A stretch of DNA of 46,553 bases, filler included, from Jimgerdemannia flammicorona (taxonomy: Eukaryota): assembly GCA_003990765.1 (NCBI GenBank). It is 2 parts of 2 records of this genome, joined end to end, with 100 filler letters (N's around TTAATTAATTAA, not from the genome) between each part and the next. Parts side by side here need not be neighbours in the genome. Positions count along the whole stretch, not along the records: positions 1 to 23,230 come from RBNJ01001134.1; 1 more part is not named here. The stretch is one strand, 5' to 3'. Made by a program: the position numbers and the translations under genes. The notes beneath the pieces are model-generated. The model saw nothing but the letters and a program-made list of their open reading frames with translations. It did not search any database and was not told where the DNA came from. This document shows, in pieces, positions 1-11,943 of the stretch (position 1 is the first letter of the stretch; every line of letters begins with the position of its first letter).

Positions 1-18
1 AAAAAAAAAAAAAAAAAA
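1..18 (+). repeat. Poly(A) tract at window edge, possibly the tail of a retroposon that truncates the adjacent LTR copy
   Basis: 18 A at the window start, directly abutting the decayed LTR copy. Confidence 0.5.
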
Positions 19-1487
19 GCTCAAGAGATCTACTAACTAATAAGTCAGAATACAGTTACACAGTACTAACTAATTTAACTATACTAATGACTGCTAAACT
101 ATTTATAGATTTAGTCACTATCTGGATATTTCTTGATAAGATTACTATCAATAATATTATCTCTGATAAAGTAATTATCTAGAAAGAGTAGTTCTTGAAT
201 TACACTTCTCTGTTTATTTATATATATAGTAATATATTGGAATAAAGTGATCATTCTATAGGATGGCATCATCTGTCTTATATAGAGAAGAGATATATCA
301 TCTTTGCTTTTATTAGATTTACTATCAGCATATCTTTAATAGATTATGGCACTATATATTACAGAATTGTAATATGTTAATAGTTATTTTTCATATTATA
401 TATACTTGAGAGATGGGGTTATTGGTTCTATCTTGAGAGTTATCTGAAGGTACAGGTTATGTTTTTCTATTTTTTCATTATAGTTGAAGTAGTTGGGTAT
501 AAATATAGGTTAATAATTATATTAATAATCATTATCTCAATAGGTCATATAGATAGTTATGAACTATTGTAAGTCTATTAGTAAGATTGGTAGAGTGATC
601 AGAGTTGGCAGAGATTCTTAGCTAGATAGCATCTCAGTATCAGAGAGATCATTGTCTTCTACTTTATCATTGTCAAACTAGATTATATTATAGACATCCT
701 TCATAGTACATCCAACTTGAGATATTTGCAGAATATAATTATCTAAATGTGGAAAGAGTCTATCAGTAGTTTAGACATACTTAATATATTTCTAATTGAG
801 TTCTTATACTATATTGTCAATTTGGCCATAGGTTAGAGTAATAAACATTTTAATAGTAATGACTCAGAGATAGAGAATAAAGGTGCTATACTTATAAAAG
901 AGTTCTCAGTATTTGTGTGCAATAAGTTTCTAGTATTGAGACATTTTAGTAATATCTATATTATAGTAATAGTTAACTATATCTTCAAGAAGACAGCTAA
1001 TCTGATAATAGCTTGAGATTTGTCTAATTTAATGAGTATTACTAAATATGTTCAGAGTATTTCATCTGACTTCTATGAAATAGAGGAGTGCTAAGCTATG
1101 GATATTTACAAGAAGTGAGAGTACTATAGTCTAGTTGACAATGATATTCTAAATATTAGTATGGATACAGTTATAGATTTCAGTAGTTATAACTAAGTAT
1201 ATGTTTAAGAGTTATAGTTATTTGTTTGGTTTGTTGTAGTTCTCCATTTTGACATACTGTATATCTGGTATATATATCTTCAATCTTGATTGATAAGGTT
1301 TTATTTTTATAAGTCTTATATTTTGTAACTTTAAGTTGACTCAGCTTTGTGATCTGTGACTTTAGTTTGACTCAGCTTTGTGATCTGTGACTTTAGTTTG
1401 ACTCAGCTTTGTAATCTTGCATGTAATTTCTAGATTTATTCTAAGAATGACATGTGATTTCAGTAACTTAGAGATTATGTACTTATA
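19..1487 (-). mobile_element. Truncated, decayed inverted copy of the ~2-kb LTR found at 44104-46123
   Basis: The reverse complement aligns by eye to about 44104-45600 (e.g. gtgatttcagtaactt vs aagttactgaaatcac; ctttatcagagatgatattatt block). It ends at CTTATA 1482-1487, the reverse complement of the TATAAG start of the other copy. Confidence 0.8.
1338..1415. repeat. ~31-bp tandem repeat (gactcagctttgtgatctgtgactttagttt), about 2.5 copies, inside the LTR
   Basis: Directly visible. The homologous region near 44177-44235 has about two copies. Confidence 0.85.
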
Positions 1488-2080
1488 TTATATTTCTCTT
1501 ACCAGATAAGTATTGATTCTTAATATCTACTGATTGTCAAAGTTATAATATCTGGTATATTACTTGGACTTTCTAGTTGAGTAGTAAAGAGGTTATTGAA
1601 GATGGCTAAAAACTAAATTTAGATTAGAAGATAGAGTTAGATAAGTTGGGAGATCTTGACAACTCTAGTAGATAGAGGAGGTCTAGGTCTGGTGGATTTT
1701 CTGAAAAGGATATATTGCCTTAGAACTTGGTAGTTGAAAAGAGCTGTTGAGTTATAGGGTGGAGAATATATATTATTAATACAGAAGGCCTGAAGGTAAG
1801 ATTCTCCCCAGAGGTTCTTTGGGAGATTTATTGTCAATAGTTAGACTGAGAAGTAGTAGATACTATAGTATAGGAGATTCTGATGAGAGATAGTAGAGAA
1901 AGCTTACTTTATTAATTTATATTAATATTATAATGAGAGAGAGATATAATAGAGATTTATAATATGAAGGTGAGACAGACTTCTGTTGGATGGTTTATCA
2001 CTAATAGACTCTGATATTGATGTTAGTATAGAGTATCAATAAGGGGTGAAACAGGATCTATAGCCAATAGACTGACAGTT
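1488..2080 (-). pseudogene. Possible Ty1/copia integrase remnant, heavily decayed
   Basis: ORF 1637-1837(-) contains NLPKNLWGES, resembling the copia integrase LPxxxWxEA motif. No other motif confirmed. Confidence 0.35.
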
Positions 2081-2161
2081 ACCTTTTACCAGTAACATTC
2101 AGGTAACACAAAACTCAGACAACACTTTTTGCAACATTTTTGATAAAAGGAGACTATCAAT

Positions 2162-4077
2162 ATGGACAGCAATGAATGTACTAGTGAGTATACTGGGCAG
2201 AGGGACAGCAGTATCTTTGGCTGGCAGCATGTAGGAAGGAGGGGAGATAGTCTGGGGATGCCAGGGCCTTCTATGGCTGGATGTGGTGCTGGTGGTAGAG
2301 GGAGGGGTGGATTGTAGCAATGAGAAGAGGAGAGGATGACCTTTGCTGACAAGGTCAAGAAGGAGAGAATATCATCTGGTCTGGATAGTTGGTTGGGATT
2401 GGGGAAGGTGTCAACAGCTTTGGCTGGAGATCAGGGAGGGGCCCCCATGGGAGGGTCAGGCAGTAGAGGAGAGGAGAAAGTAGGGGCTGAAGATGTGACT
2501 GCTGATGAAGCTGTAACTGGGGATCTGGAAAAAAATCCAGATGTGATGGTCATTGGTAGATCAGGACAGGGGATGGGCATGAGGTCTGGGGATCTGGCTG
2601 ATAGTATGACTGGCATAGTGTCAGCACCATTATTCAAAAAGTCGCAGTCTGAATTAGCCATCACATTGTGCTTTTGAGGCTTAGTGGTGACTGTGAGGAT
2701 GATTCTGGGGTTGATAGTATAGGAGGTGAAGGGAGCAGCTTTAGTGAAGTTCTTGAAGGGAAGGAAGGGGTTGAGGTTGGGTTTGAGAAAGAGGTATCAT
2801 TGTTAGAGACCATGGAAAAAGGAGTAATAGTGGGCAGAGTAGTGGTTTCTATGGCCAGGTGCATATACTAGGACCCCCAAGTGGTACAGTTGACAGTATT
2901 GGACCTTTCTATAGTGTTAAGAGAGAGGGCCAGGGAGTTGGTTGTGGAGGTGGTTAAGGAGTATGGGGAGATCATGGACATTGGGTTTAGAGTCTGGGAG
3001 AGTACAGAACTTTGGATGAGTGACATCAATATCAGAGTGAGGCTGGCTGAAAGAGAGAATACAGAGAAGACAAGGGACTGGCCTGCTGTGCTTAAGTAGG
3101 GACCAGTTGAGTGCAAGGTCTCATGAGTGAAAGAGATGCCAGAGGAAGAGGAGGACTTACTAGAGGCTCTTGAGGATCTAGCAGGAGCTGTTGAGAGGAG
3201 GCAACTGGCTTGGAAGGAGTATGAGACCAAGACAGTGGTAGAGATTGTGGATGGCAAGAGGGTCAGGATGGACAAGGGGACCTAGGAGAAGATGCAGGGG
3301 AGGCAAATCCAGAAGGAGTTATTGGAGAAGCTGGGAGGGGGTGGAGTGAATAATAGGGTGAGTGAAGGTGGTACTGGACTGAGAGAGAGCACCTGGGCTG
3401 GGGAGTATAGGATAGATCAGAATGTGGCCCAAAGTGGATCAAATGAAGGGAAACTGGGTGGCATAGTAGAGGATGCCAAAATGGAAGAGGAAGCATACCC
3501 TCAGTATAGTATCCTGAGTAGGGCAGAGGGAGAGGAGGAACTTCTGAACATACTGAAGGAGGAGTAGGATGAGTTGGAGAGGAGGAGCACTTTGGTGGAC
3601 CCAGTGGTGGGGGTTGAGAGAGTTGCCCAGAGTGTTGCTGAGGTGGTGGATAAGGAGAAGTGACTGTGGAAGACTCTGGAGGGAGTGGCAGCTGAGGAGC
3701 TAGGGGGAGAGGACTTCTGGATTCTAAGTGATAGATATTGGGAGGAAATTCTTTATGGGGAGGAGGTGTTGAGGAAGATTAGGAATAAGATCCTGGCAGT
3801 ACTCTTGGAGTCAGAGGAATATCAAGTTGATGATCAGAGAGAGGAGGCCCTTTGAGAGATTGTGAATGACTGGATGGCATACTTGTGGGGTTTGAGAAAG
3901 GGATTAGAGAAGTGGAGAGTAGTATGTACAGATTATCAGGTGGAAATAGAGATTGTGGATGGGGTAGAGTATCAGGAAATCTTGGAAGCACTGGATGCTC
4001 AGGCTGTAGCAGAGGATGAGGTAGAGGCAGAGTGGCGTTTGGATCTGGCTAGTGATGAGATAAGTATAGAATTCTAG
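2162..4077 (+). pseudogene. LINE copy 1 ORF1 (Gly-rich N-terminus, acidic C-terminus), multiple stops
   Basis: Fragments 2336-2677, 2881-3099 and 3862-4077 are homologous to ORF1 of the other copies (APLxKKSxxExAxTLCF motif). Confidence 0.75.
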
Positions 4078-4108
4078 ACTGGGCTCTCAATATCAAACAT
4101 TTTTAAAT

Positions 4109-7100
4109 ATGAACAGTACAACTAGAATTATTTCTTTGAATATAAATGGATTGAGGGAAGTGGCATGACATAGGAATATCTTTGGCTGGCTGAGGGGACT
4201 GGATGTGGATCTTTTCTTATTACAGAATATATGATATGAGATTGATATAGACTTATAGGACTGGACTAGAGAATGGGGTGGGGCAGCTATATGGGCTGGG
4301 TGGGTGGACATTCTGGTTCAAAAGGGGATGGGGGACATTGGGAACATTGGACATTGGGGAAGTAGGTTGGTGTGGAGAGTATGGAAGAGGCCTGAGTGGA
4401 ACCCTTTGACAGTTGGGTTGTGTTATTGCCTGGCTGAGAGGGGGGAATGCATAGATTAGATCAGTGACCTGAGTGAGGCTGGTGTTATGGATGAGACAGA
4501 GATTGATTGCTTGGAGGGTGATTTCAATATAGTATATAATAATGAGTTGAATAGAACTAATAGCGGGAGAGGAATGAGAGGCAAAAGTGGTGGGTTGGAT
4601 AATTGGATGGAGATTGAGAGATTGAGCTCCTTGGTTGACTTGGGGTGACAGTTTTGAATAGATCACTGAATTTATACCCATTAGATGGCAGGGCTAGGCT
4701 CTAGGATCAACTGGGTGTTGATGGCAGAGTGCTGGGGAGCAGATGTCTGGGATGCACTAGAGGTAGTTTAGTACCTGTGGTCAGATTACTGGGGTCTAGT
4801 AGAGAGGGGGAGATTTGGGAGAAGTGGGGATGAGCCAGGACATTGGCAGCTGAATTCTTCTTTGCTAGAGGATGGTTTCTTATGGACAGACTGGGAGGTG
4901 GAAGTGATTGCAAAGATTGGGAGGTGGCAGTAGCAGGGATTGGAGATTGAGAATTGCTGGTGGCAGCTGAAATCGAGTGCTCAGAGGTACTGGAGAGAGG
5001 CAGGTAAAGGAAGGAGTGCTCAGTGGCAATGGGCAGAATTGCTAGAGGATTGGGGGGCAGCTGATTGGCAAATTCTGCAGATACAAAAGGAGGTTATTGA
5101 GTTAAAGGAAGTGCTATGAATGGAGGAAGAGGTTTAGTTGAAGGAGATGGTGGTAAGGTTGCAGTGGCAGAGATTGGAGGAGGGGAAGAGGCCTACTTGA
5201 TTTCTTTCATGATTGCTTCAGGCTCGGAGAATCAGTGAGAGGAGATTCTGGATGAGGATAGAGAGATGGTGGCAGAGACTCCTAAGATTCTGGGATTGCT
5301 GAGGACTTACTGGGGGAATTTATGAAGTGAGGAAGAAGGAGGTGAGGATGCCCTGAACATTAAACAGCAATTGGAGAATTGGTATTCAGACCTGGCTCTG
5401 GGCTTGGGGATACTAGGAGATTCAGTGCAGGGGGGGGGAAGTATGCAAGGTCTTAGCTTCAATGAGCAAGGGGATGGCTCTGGGAGAGGATGGGCTTCTC
5501 TGGGATTTTTGGAAGAAGATAGCAGGAGTGGAGGTAGTATTGGAGAAGATGATGGTAATGAGTAATGAGGTCCTTCAATCTGGATCTTAGATTGGAGGCC
5601 AGCATCTAGGGCTGGTCTCTTTGCTCTATAAGGATAAGGAGAGAAGAGAAGATTGGAAGAACTGGTAACCAATCATGCTCCTTGACATGGACCACAAGCT
5701 GGTGACAAAGATCTTGATGACTAGACTGTAGAGGATCACTCAACAAGTACTAGGAGTGGAGCAGAGGGGTTTTGTTGGTGGTCAGTTGATCCAAGATAGA
5801 ATGGCCTGGGTCTATGGGGTGATTGAAGGGGCTCAGGCAGCTGGGGTTGATGGCCAGTTAGTGTTTCTGAATCAGGAGAAGGTATATGACAGGGTGAGGA
5901 GGGTTTGGCTAGAGGGAGTGCTGAAATAGGTGGGAGTTCCCTCAGGGTTCAGGAGGTCATTAATTAGTCTATTGGAAAACAGCCAAGCAGTATTAATAGT
6001 GAATGGGTACAGAAGTGTGACTTTTCCACTTGGTCATGGGGTGCTACAAGGAGATCCTTTGTCACCCATCTTATATACCCTTTTCTTGGAGCCCCTATTG
6101 GACAGGATCAGGCATCAAATTGGGGGTTTGGACATTTTGGAAATTAATTGGAAAGTGGGGGCTTTTGCAGATGATATGGTGGTTAGACTAAGTTCATTAG
6201 AGGATGTGGAGGAATTGAGAAGGTCTGTAGAATGGTATGAGAGGGGCTCAGATGCTAAACTCAACTGGCACAAATGTAAGACTCTGGTGCTAGGTGGTGG
6301 AATAGTTAGTGGCGATATAATTGAAACAGTGGTACCAGCAGAAGAACCAGTCTGTTACTTAGAAATCTACTTTTTGGCATATGGGTCTCTTCTGCCCCAT
6401 GTATGGTGGGCACAGTGGCTCCTAGTATGGGGAAATGTACTCTTAAGGTAGGGTGGTAGGCATATATCCTTGGCAGGAAGAGTGATGGTGCTGAATATAT
6501 ATTGGCTGCCAAAGCTGTAGTATGTGGGGTATTATCTGGACTTCCTGGTATAGGTGGTCAGGAGACTTCTGAAGATGGCAAGATCATAGATCTGGGCTGG
6601 GTAGTGAAGTCAGATAGGTTGGAAGATTCTGACCCTACTTGTTGACAGAGGTGGGCTAGGCTTGGTGAACTTTACCAAATACCTTCATTGTCTAAGAGCA
6701 TGGTGGCTGAAGAGAGTGAGCAAGTTGAGGGGCTGAGAGTGGGTACCACTCATGCAGAGGGTGTGGGAAGTCCGGTATTCCCCTCATGGAGTGACAGGGG
6801 ATCTGCTTGCAATAGTGGCCCTGGATGAGAGCAGGAGGATATAATATAAAGGCTTTTGGTAGGGGGTGGTAGATAGTGCCAGGAGAATTGGACTTCAGTA
6901 GTAGGGTGATGAGGGGGAGGAGGACTGGGGACTGTAGATATAGAGATGGGACAGGCTATTGCTGGGTGGTACATTGGTAGAGGATTTCCAGCTTGGCAAT
7001 GGAATGAATGGTATGTAGGGCCTAGAGGGAGACTTGTGGCTTGAAGCATGGCAGAGGGTGGAGATTGGTGAGGAGTGGGACTGGAATGGTCTTTGGTCTT

Positions 7101-7540
7101 GGAGCAAGAAGGTGATATAGTGGCTTCCCCCCAAGTTCTGGATGGTATGGTGGAGGTTTCTAAGGCAGAATGTGATGCTGAACTATCAGTCTGGGCACTT
7201 GATAGTAGAGGGCATATTTGAGTGTGAGGAATATATAGATATTGGCCAGAAGGGGGAAGTGGTACAAATGCCTGAACATTAGCTTGGTAAGTATAAAGTC
7301 CTGGAGGAGTTTTGGCACTACATTGCGAACCAGTTAGGACTACAGGCCCTGGTGGGGGGGGAAGGGGGGAGATGGGGTTACCTCTACCAAAGACTAGTGG
7401 GGGGGGTTGGGGATGAATGGTTGATCTTGGGATAGGTTCTGGCAATTTAGGTTGCTGGCCAGGTATTGGTTATATATATTTGAGGATGGCCAGTAGGTTG
7501 AGGTTGGGGTTAGGGTGGCACAATGAAAATAGTTACTACA
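4109..7540 (+). pseudogene. LINE copy 1 ORF2: APE-like endonuclease, reverse transcriptase and C-terminal Cys/His region, disrupted
   Basis: Starts MNSTTRIISLNINGLR (APE motif I) and carries GDFN. RT motifs GVLQGDPLSPILY, AFADD and AKLNWHKC lie in ORF 5930-6451. Confidence 0.9.
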
Positions 7541-7876
7541 GAGGAGGAAGAAGGCCCAGCGGGAGCCATGGGAGCGAACCCAGAGCCAGTGTCAAAGCAA
7601 ACGGAAGACATGTGGAAGAGCATGTATAAGGGGGACAAACAAAGAATGTAACCGAAAATGCATCAGCCATTTATTGCCATGTAAAAACGCGGTCCTTATA
7701 TACAAAATACGATGTCCCAAAAGGGAGGACACGCCACAACTCGGGGCGAACTGAATTAGGAACCACATGACCGCCGGAGATAGGTGGAGATAAAGGGGGA
7801 GCCAATCCCAGTTGCAGGATAAAAATCACAAACAAACACAAACAAAACAAATCCAAATCGAGATTAAAAAACATCT
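7541..7876 (-). repeat. 336-nt terminal repeat (pLTR-like), outer copy of the left arm
   Basis: Direct repeat of 11194-11529 and reverse complement of 15264-15599. Confidence 0.9.
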
Positions 7877-8042
7877 GCAGACCCTGGAGGGGTGAGTGCG
7901 AGCGAGGGGTGAGGCCGAAACAGAGTGAGCTACAGCGAGCCCAAGTGAAGTAAGGGGCCAAAGGCAGCAGAGGGGAGCGGAGTGAGGCCAAGACCCCGGA
8001 GCAAGCACGAGACCCCGGAGGGGGCAAGGATGTTTTTTAATC
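7862..8042 (-). repeat. GC-rich 151-nt spacer bracketed by the 15-bp inverted repeat (left arm)
   Basis: GATTAAAAAACATC(T) at 7862-7876 and GGATGTTTTTTAATC at 8028-8042. Confidence 0.9.
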
Positions 8043-10090
8043 CTCTCCAGCAGAACCGGAGGTACCAGAAGGTGATGAAAACGCAAAACAAGAGCGATGG
8101 ATTGAAGAAGAAACAGAAGGAAGATGTGAACGAGCAATCAGAGGGCATCGGGAAAGAGATGAAAGTCCATGGCATGAAAGAGAAGAGTGCAGAATGGTAT
8201 CAGGGCATTGAGCAACCCAGTGAGCATGATCAAATGGTATGACAAGAATTGGGGGTGGGAAAGAAGAGGGGGTACAGAGAGGGTAAGGGGGGAGAGAGGG
8301 AAGGGAGGGGGGATAAAGAGGAGAGAGGAGGGAAGTGCGAACAACAGACCATTCAACAGAAGCAAGCAGATCACAAATGATAGAAATAGGGTAGGCACGA
8401 CGATGGACCACAAAGTTGCCAAGAACCCGAACAGCAGACACCCAATCAGAACGATGGGAGCAGCAAAGTACAAGACGACGAGCCTCACTACGAACACATT
8501 CAAGAAGAGTGCGACGAGGATGATTGGACAAGAAGTCAGGGAACTGTTGGGAACAGGGAAAACAGGAATAAACAACAGTTCGGAAGGGAGAAAGAGAGAT
8601 GGAAAGGTCCAAAAAGGGAATACTAGTTGTACTGCACACCCAAGTAATAGAATGATGGGGAGGGTAGATGCCCAGGAACACACTAGAGATATCAATGCCA
8701 GCAACAGCGAAGACAATAAAGTCATCAATGTATCGGCGAAAGAAGATATCCCCAGCCCGGAACGCAATAGAAAGAGGTGAAGTAATATCATGTAGCGCAT
8801 GCAATTTATGGGCCAGGCCAATGAGGTTGGCAAGGGTGGGGGCACAATTCGTACCCATGGCGATACCAGAAGTCTGGTGAAAAGAGCCAAGGGCTGACTC
8901 AAAATAATTAGAGCCACAGATGAGGAGCGTAAGCTCAACAATGGAAGCCAGTGAAACTGGGGAATCCAAAGGAAAAACCAAGGAACCCAAGAAGCAAAGG
9001 CAATCATCGATCTCATCAAAATGAATAGCAGTATAGAAGGAAGAGAAGTCACCAGAGGCCAAATGGGAAAAACAGTGAACAGGCACAATGGTGGAGCAGA
9101 GAAGGGCGAGCTCCTGAGTATCACAAAGAATAGTATACTCAGGCCCAAGACAGTGTTGCAAGAGAGCCATCCAGGAGAGAAAGAAGTGAGATAACCATTT
9201 CGAAATCTTGGTGGTAGGAGAACTATAAGCAGCCATGATAGGACACCAAGCCAAAGTAGGCTTGTGAACTTTAGGAAGAGCATAGAAAACTGGAAGAGAA
9301 ATATCCAGAGAGGACAAAGAGTCCTGGAAGAAGTTAAAAATGGGGTTCGCAAATGGGGAATCCGAAAGTGATCTAGCATGAGCCAGAGAAACCCGAAGAA
9401 GAGTGAGAACCTCATCCAATCCAAGAGCACTAGGCTCATAAGCCATGGCTCGAAGGAGGGCAGAAAGGCCATCAAGGTAGAGTGACTTAGGAATAAGTGC
9501 AAAACCCTGATTCTTATCAGTGACTGTGAGCAAATGCATAGGCAATTGCTTGACCGATTTAAGCACAGTACGCACAGCATGGTCCGAAACCAAGCAAGAG
9601 CGAGCTCATCTGGGAACGGACAGTGAGCAAGCCATGTCGAGGAATATGCAGTGTGAAGAGACATTGGAGGGGGGACCCAATCACTAGGAACAAAATAGCG
9701 AGAGGGCATCTCACCATGATCTTGAAAGAAAATGGCAAGGTCGAGAGCACGACGAAAACATGTTAGATGAGCCGGATCAGTGAAGGAGAATTGTGAGGGA
9801 GTTACAGGAAAAACAAAGCAAGGACCCAAGGATAAGGTAAAGACTTGAAGGGGAGAAAGGGAGCAGTTAGCCAAAGAAAAAGGAGGAGACAAAAGAGTTC
9901 TAAGAGAAGAATAAACCCGAAAGTTCAGGACAAGCAACTGGGAAAGGCGAAGGGGGGACAACATGAGGAACCACTCAGGGCACACCAGAAGCGACGACGG
10001 AATCCGAGAAGGGACGGGGACACTGGGGGAGAACCATGCCAGGGAGAAGTTTAAGAGTGGGAGGCCTTCTCCTTCCCTCTGACTTTTTTT
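8037..10090 (-). pseudogene. Penelope-like reverse transcriptase (ORF2) of the left arm, no GIY-YIG domain; 518-codon core open at 8037-9593
   Basis: PLE/TERT-superclade motifs: LSLGPxF, SDWVPP, TDKNQG, FYALPKVHK, (R)PIM, GDFSSFYTAI, QTSGIAMGTNCAPTLANL, RYIDD, PFLD, SNHP, RAYP. A 1-nt deletion near 9666 and a TGA at 9606-9608 separate the N-terminus from the core. Confidence 0.92.
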
Positions 10091-11264
10091 GAAGGTGGCG
10101 AACTCAACAAACGAGAGCACACCCTATCAGAGTGCCAGACCTTGCAGCCACAGGCTTTTGTGCAGCCCTTACATTCGGGGGCATGGGGAGAGGAGGCGGA
10201 GGAGGAACTGGCAGAGGAGGCTGAAGGCAAGTGAGCAGCCGAAGGGGCAGCAGCGTGAGACCACCATGAGGACAGACGGACTTAGCCGGGTGCCAGTAGG
10301 CATGGTGGAGGCAACCGGAGCAGACATCGCAAGGCCAGGCCCCGACAGGGTGAGAACCAAGTTGGCGGCCACGCTTGGGGGCAGGGGGAATGGAGGAGGA
10401 AGCCTTGGCAGGGGAGGGGGACTGGGAAGAAGCCAATTAAGCCTGATTGGGCTTGGCAGGGGTCTTGGTGGGGGTCTTGGAGGGGGCCTTGGCAGCAGCA
10501 TCGGCGAAGGAATGAACCTCAGCACGAGCAGCAGTACGAGCTTTGGCATGAATGGCCTCGGAGACCGAAACCTCAGGGGAGGTAGGCAGGGGAGCAGTGG
10601 TGGTGGCGCGAGCAGCAGCAGCAGCACGTGACATTTCCTGCTTGTGAAGGCAAGTGACAAAAGAGGTGCTGGTGAGAAGGAAGCAACGCACAGCGTCAAT
10701 GTCGGCGGCGACAGAAGGAATGTCCTGGATGGCGAAGCCACAGAAGGGGGAGGCAACCGAAAGATGAGAGGAGGCGAAGGCCATGAAAGCAGCACAGGCA
10801 CGTTGGAAGGAGGTGGAGGTGGCGGTGGCAGAAGCAGTGGCGGCATCAGCGGCAGCAAGTTTGGCGGCAGCAGTAGTGGCACGAACCTCTTCAGAGAAGG
10901 CTTGGCGGCGGGCCTCAGGGAGAACAGAGTAGCAGACGGCAGGCAGAGTGATGATGTCGACATCACAGCGGAGATGAGCCTCCTTGGCAGAGAGGGCAAG
11001 AACTGACCGGAACTGGGAGAGGAGTGGATGACCAGAGGGACGAAGGTCCAGGGGGAGGGAAAGGATGGCAGATGAGACATAGGTCTCGAATGAGACAGTG
11101 GCGGAGGTAAAGGCAGGGGGAGGGGGAGGAGGAAGTTCCTCATCCATGAGCTCGTCGACGAGGACGGAGGCCCTGAGGGCAGGCGGTACAGCAGAGGAGG
11201 AAGAAGGCCCAGCAGGAGCCATGGGAGCGAACCCAGAGCCAGTGTCAAAGTGAACAGAAGACAT
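10051..11264 (-). pseudogene. PLE ORF1 of the left arm: Ala-rich helical protein with C-terminal Cys/His motifs; one stop and a frameshift
   Basis: ORFs 10437-11264 and 10104-10436 are in the same frame, and are collinear with ORF1 of the right arm. Confidence 0.75.
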
Positions 11265-11529
11265 GTGGAAGAGCGTATATAAGGGGGATGAACAAAGAAT
11301 GTAACCAAAAATGCATCAGCCATTTATTGCCATGTAAAAACGCGGTCCTTATATACAAAATATGACGTCCCAAAAGGGAGGATGTGCCACAACTCAGGGC
11401 GAACCGAATTAGGAACCACATGACCACCGGAGATAGGTGGAGATAAAGGGGGAGCCAATCCCAGTTGCAGGATAAAAATCACAAACAAACACAAACAAAA
11501 CAAATCCAAATCAAGATTAAAAAACATCC
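11194..11529 (-). repeat. 336-nt terminal repeat, inner copy of the left arm (5' UTR plus first ORF1 codons)
   Basis: Matches 7541-7876. Confidence 0.9.
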
Positions 11530-11622
11530 TTGCCCCCTCCAGAGTCTCGCGCTCACTCCGGGGTCTCGGCCTCACCCCTCACTTGCACTCACCCCTCTGG
11601 GGTCTGCGGATGTTTTTTAATC
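11515..11622. repeat. Palindrome centre: 15-bp inverted repeat enclosing a 78-nt asymmetric GC-rich loop
   Basis: GATTAAAAAACATCC at 11515-11529 and GGATGTTTTTTAATC at 11608-11622. The loop equals spacer 15113-15263 minus the 73 nt between two GGCCTCAC repeats. Confidence 0.92.
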
Positions 11623-11943
11623 TCGATTTGGATTTGTTTTGTTTGTGTTTGTTTGTGATTTTTATCCTGCAACTGGGATTGGCTCCCCCTTTATCTCCGC
11701 CAATCTCCGGCGGTCATGTGGTTCCTAATTTAGTTTGCCCCGAGTTGTGGCGCATCCTCCCTTTTGAGACGTCATATTTTGTATATAAGGACCGCATTTT
11801 TACATGGCAATAAATGGCTGATGCATTTTCGGTTATGTTCTTTGTTTGTCCCCCTTATACATGCTCTTCCACATATCTTCCATTTGCTTTGACACTGGCT
11901 CTGGGTTCACTCCCATGGCTCCCACTGGGCCTTCTTCCTCCTC
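11608..11943 (+). repeat. 336-nt terminal repeat, inner copy of the right arm
   Basis: Direct repeat of 15264-15599. Confidence 0.9.

Noticed and set aside
1338..1415. Short direct repeats as a CRISPR array
   Set aside because: Head-to-tail tandem with no unique spacers, inside an LTR, in a eukaryotic context.
2075..2083. ACAGTTACC preceding both LINE copy 1 and copy 5 as a specific target site
   Set aside because: It overlaps the element's own 5' end in copy 1 and is absent at copies 2-4, so the evidence is insufficient.
7508..7513. TTAGGG near the left PLE junction as a telomeric seed
   Set aside because: A single hexamer about 30 nt from the junction within G-rich LINE sequence, expected by chance.
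8138..9660. Long alternative-frame ORF overlapping the RT (the 660-aa ORF) as an overprinted gene
   Set aside because: Its N-terminal ~150 aa are the true ORF2 N-terminus joined by a 1-nt deletion. The remainder is Leu/Phe/Ser-rich, explained by the A-poor strand having few stops, and it is broken in the other arm.
11608..11943. Hammerhead ribozyme in the PLE terminal repeat, as expected for many PLEs
   Set aside because: The only near-match is CTGATGC (~11818) with no downstream GAAA, and I saw no CTGANGA...GAAA core on either strand. A covariance-model search would be needed to exclude a variant ribozyme.
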